Source: Bythopirellula sp. (lineage in GTDB: Bacteria > Planctomycetota > Planctomycetia > Pirellulales > Lacipirellulaceae). From it: DNA of 64,000 bases. A model generated the notes under the pieces. That model was given only the letters and a program-made list of their open reading frames with translations, did not search any database and was not told the DNA's origin. A program made the position numbers and the translations under genes. The stretch covers positions 2,368,001 to 2,432,000 of the forward strand of contig OZ244170.1 in assembly GCA_965216565.1 (NCBI GenBank), given 5' to 3'. Shown piece after piece: positions 63,590-64,000 of this stretch (its first letter is position 1; every line of letters begins with the position of its first letter).

Positions 63590-64000
63590 GTGGCACTCAA
63601 AACTCTCACCAAACGTGCTTTATCCGAAACTCTACCTAGTTGGGGGATTTTCGTCTTAGAAAGCCACCATGCACCGGGCTTCATCATGGAATGGCGTCGG
63701 CATGAATTCATCAAGGTGGTCTACGCACTCCAGGGGAGGGGAGTCCTCCATACTGCAAAAAACAAATGCGAGTTCAAGGCTAAGGATGTATTGGTGATCC
63801 CCGCACAACTCCGAAATCGAATTGTAGATGCCCCGGGCGAACCAAGTTCCCTTTACGTGCTCTGCGTAAGCCCTCAGTTGCTGGCTTTTGATCCGAAGAT
63901 AACTAAGCGGCTGGAAAGCGGTCGACTTGCCCGTTCTGAGTACTTGGCAAATCGGGTAGAATCTTTATTTCGACGTATGTTATTTCAGCAATCTCATGGT
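63590..64000 (+). CDS. AraC-family regulator, N-terminal cupin part (runs off the window edge)
   Basis: Not in the ORF track. Translated by hand: ...VLESHHAPGFIMEWRRHEFIKVVYALQGRG...DVLVIP...; divergent from the catabolic operon; HTH not visible. Confidence 0.65.
   Translation, partial: MALKTLTKRALSETLPSWGIFVLESHHAPGFIMEWRRHEFIKVVYALQGRGVLHTAKNKCEFKAKDVLVIPAQLRNRIVDAPGEPSSLYVLCVSPQLLAFDPKITKRLESGRLARSEYLANRVESLFRRMLFQQSHG

Overview
Gene-dense bacterial window, very probably from a planctomycete (Pirellulales, Lacipirellulaceae-like). The evidence is a Planctomycete-type extracellular signal (LRMEGLEERKVLS), two PEP-CTERM proteins and Cys-rich secreted proteins. Housekeeping genes: metH, msrAB, rpmE-prfA-prmC, a plsC-like gene and eda. 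Two minus-strand operons look like halves of one uncharacterised biosynthetic system. Operon A (1-8255, with a divergent radical SAM gene at 8454-9686) encodes a squalene-hopene-cyclase-like enzyme, a DUF116-polyprenyl synthase fusion, a chorismate-lyase-like protein, a flavin-dependent halogenase-like enzyme, a DUF3311/Na+:solute symporter pair and a GT4 glycosyltransferase. Operon B (22133-30465) encodes an EhpF-like adenylating enzyme, an ALDH-fold protein lacking the catalytic Glu, an Fe-alcohol dehydrogenase, a PQQ-like beta-propeller, a HemN-like radical SAM protein, an orphan GcvH-like carrier and a 2x[4Fe-4S] protein. An AT-richer three-gene island (47174-50001: TcmP-like, DUF5131, DUF6602-like) looks like a modification-plus-nuclease defence module. 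Also present: several REP-like palindrome families, a candidate sRNA near 39.9 kb, and an unsaturated-uronate catabolic cluster at the right end. No rRNA, tRNA, CRISPR array or transposase was recognised. All family assignments come from motifs recognised by eye, not from database searches, and several start codons are my own choice.
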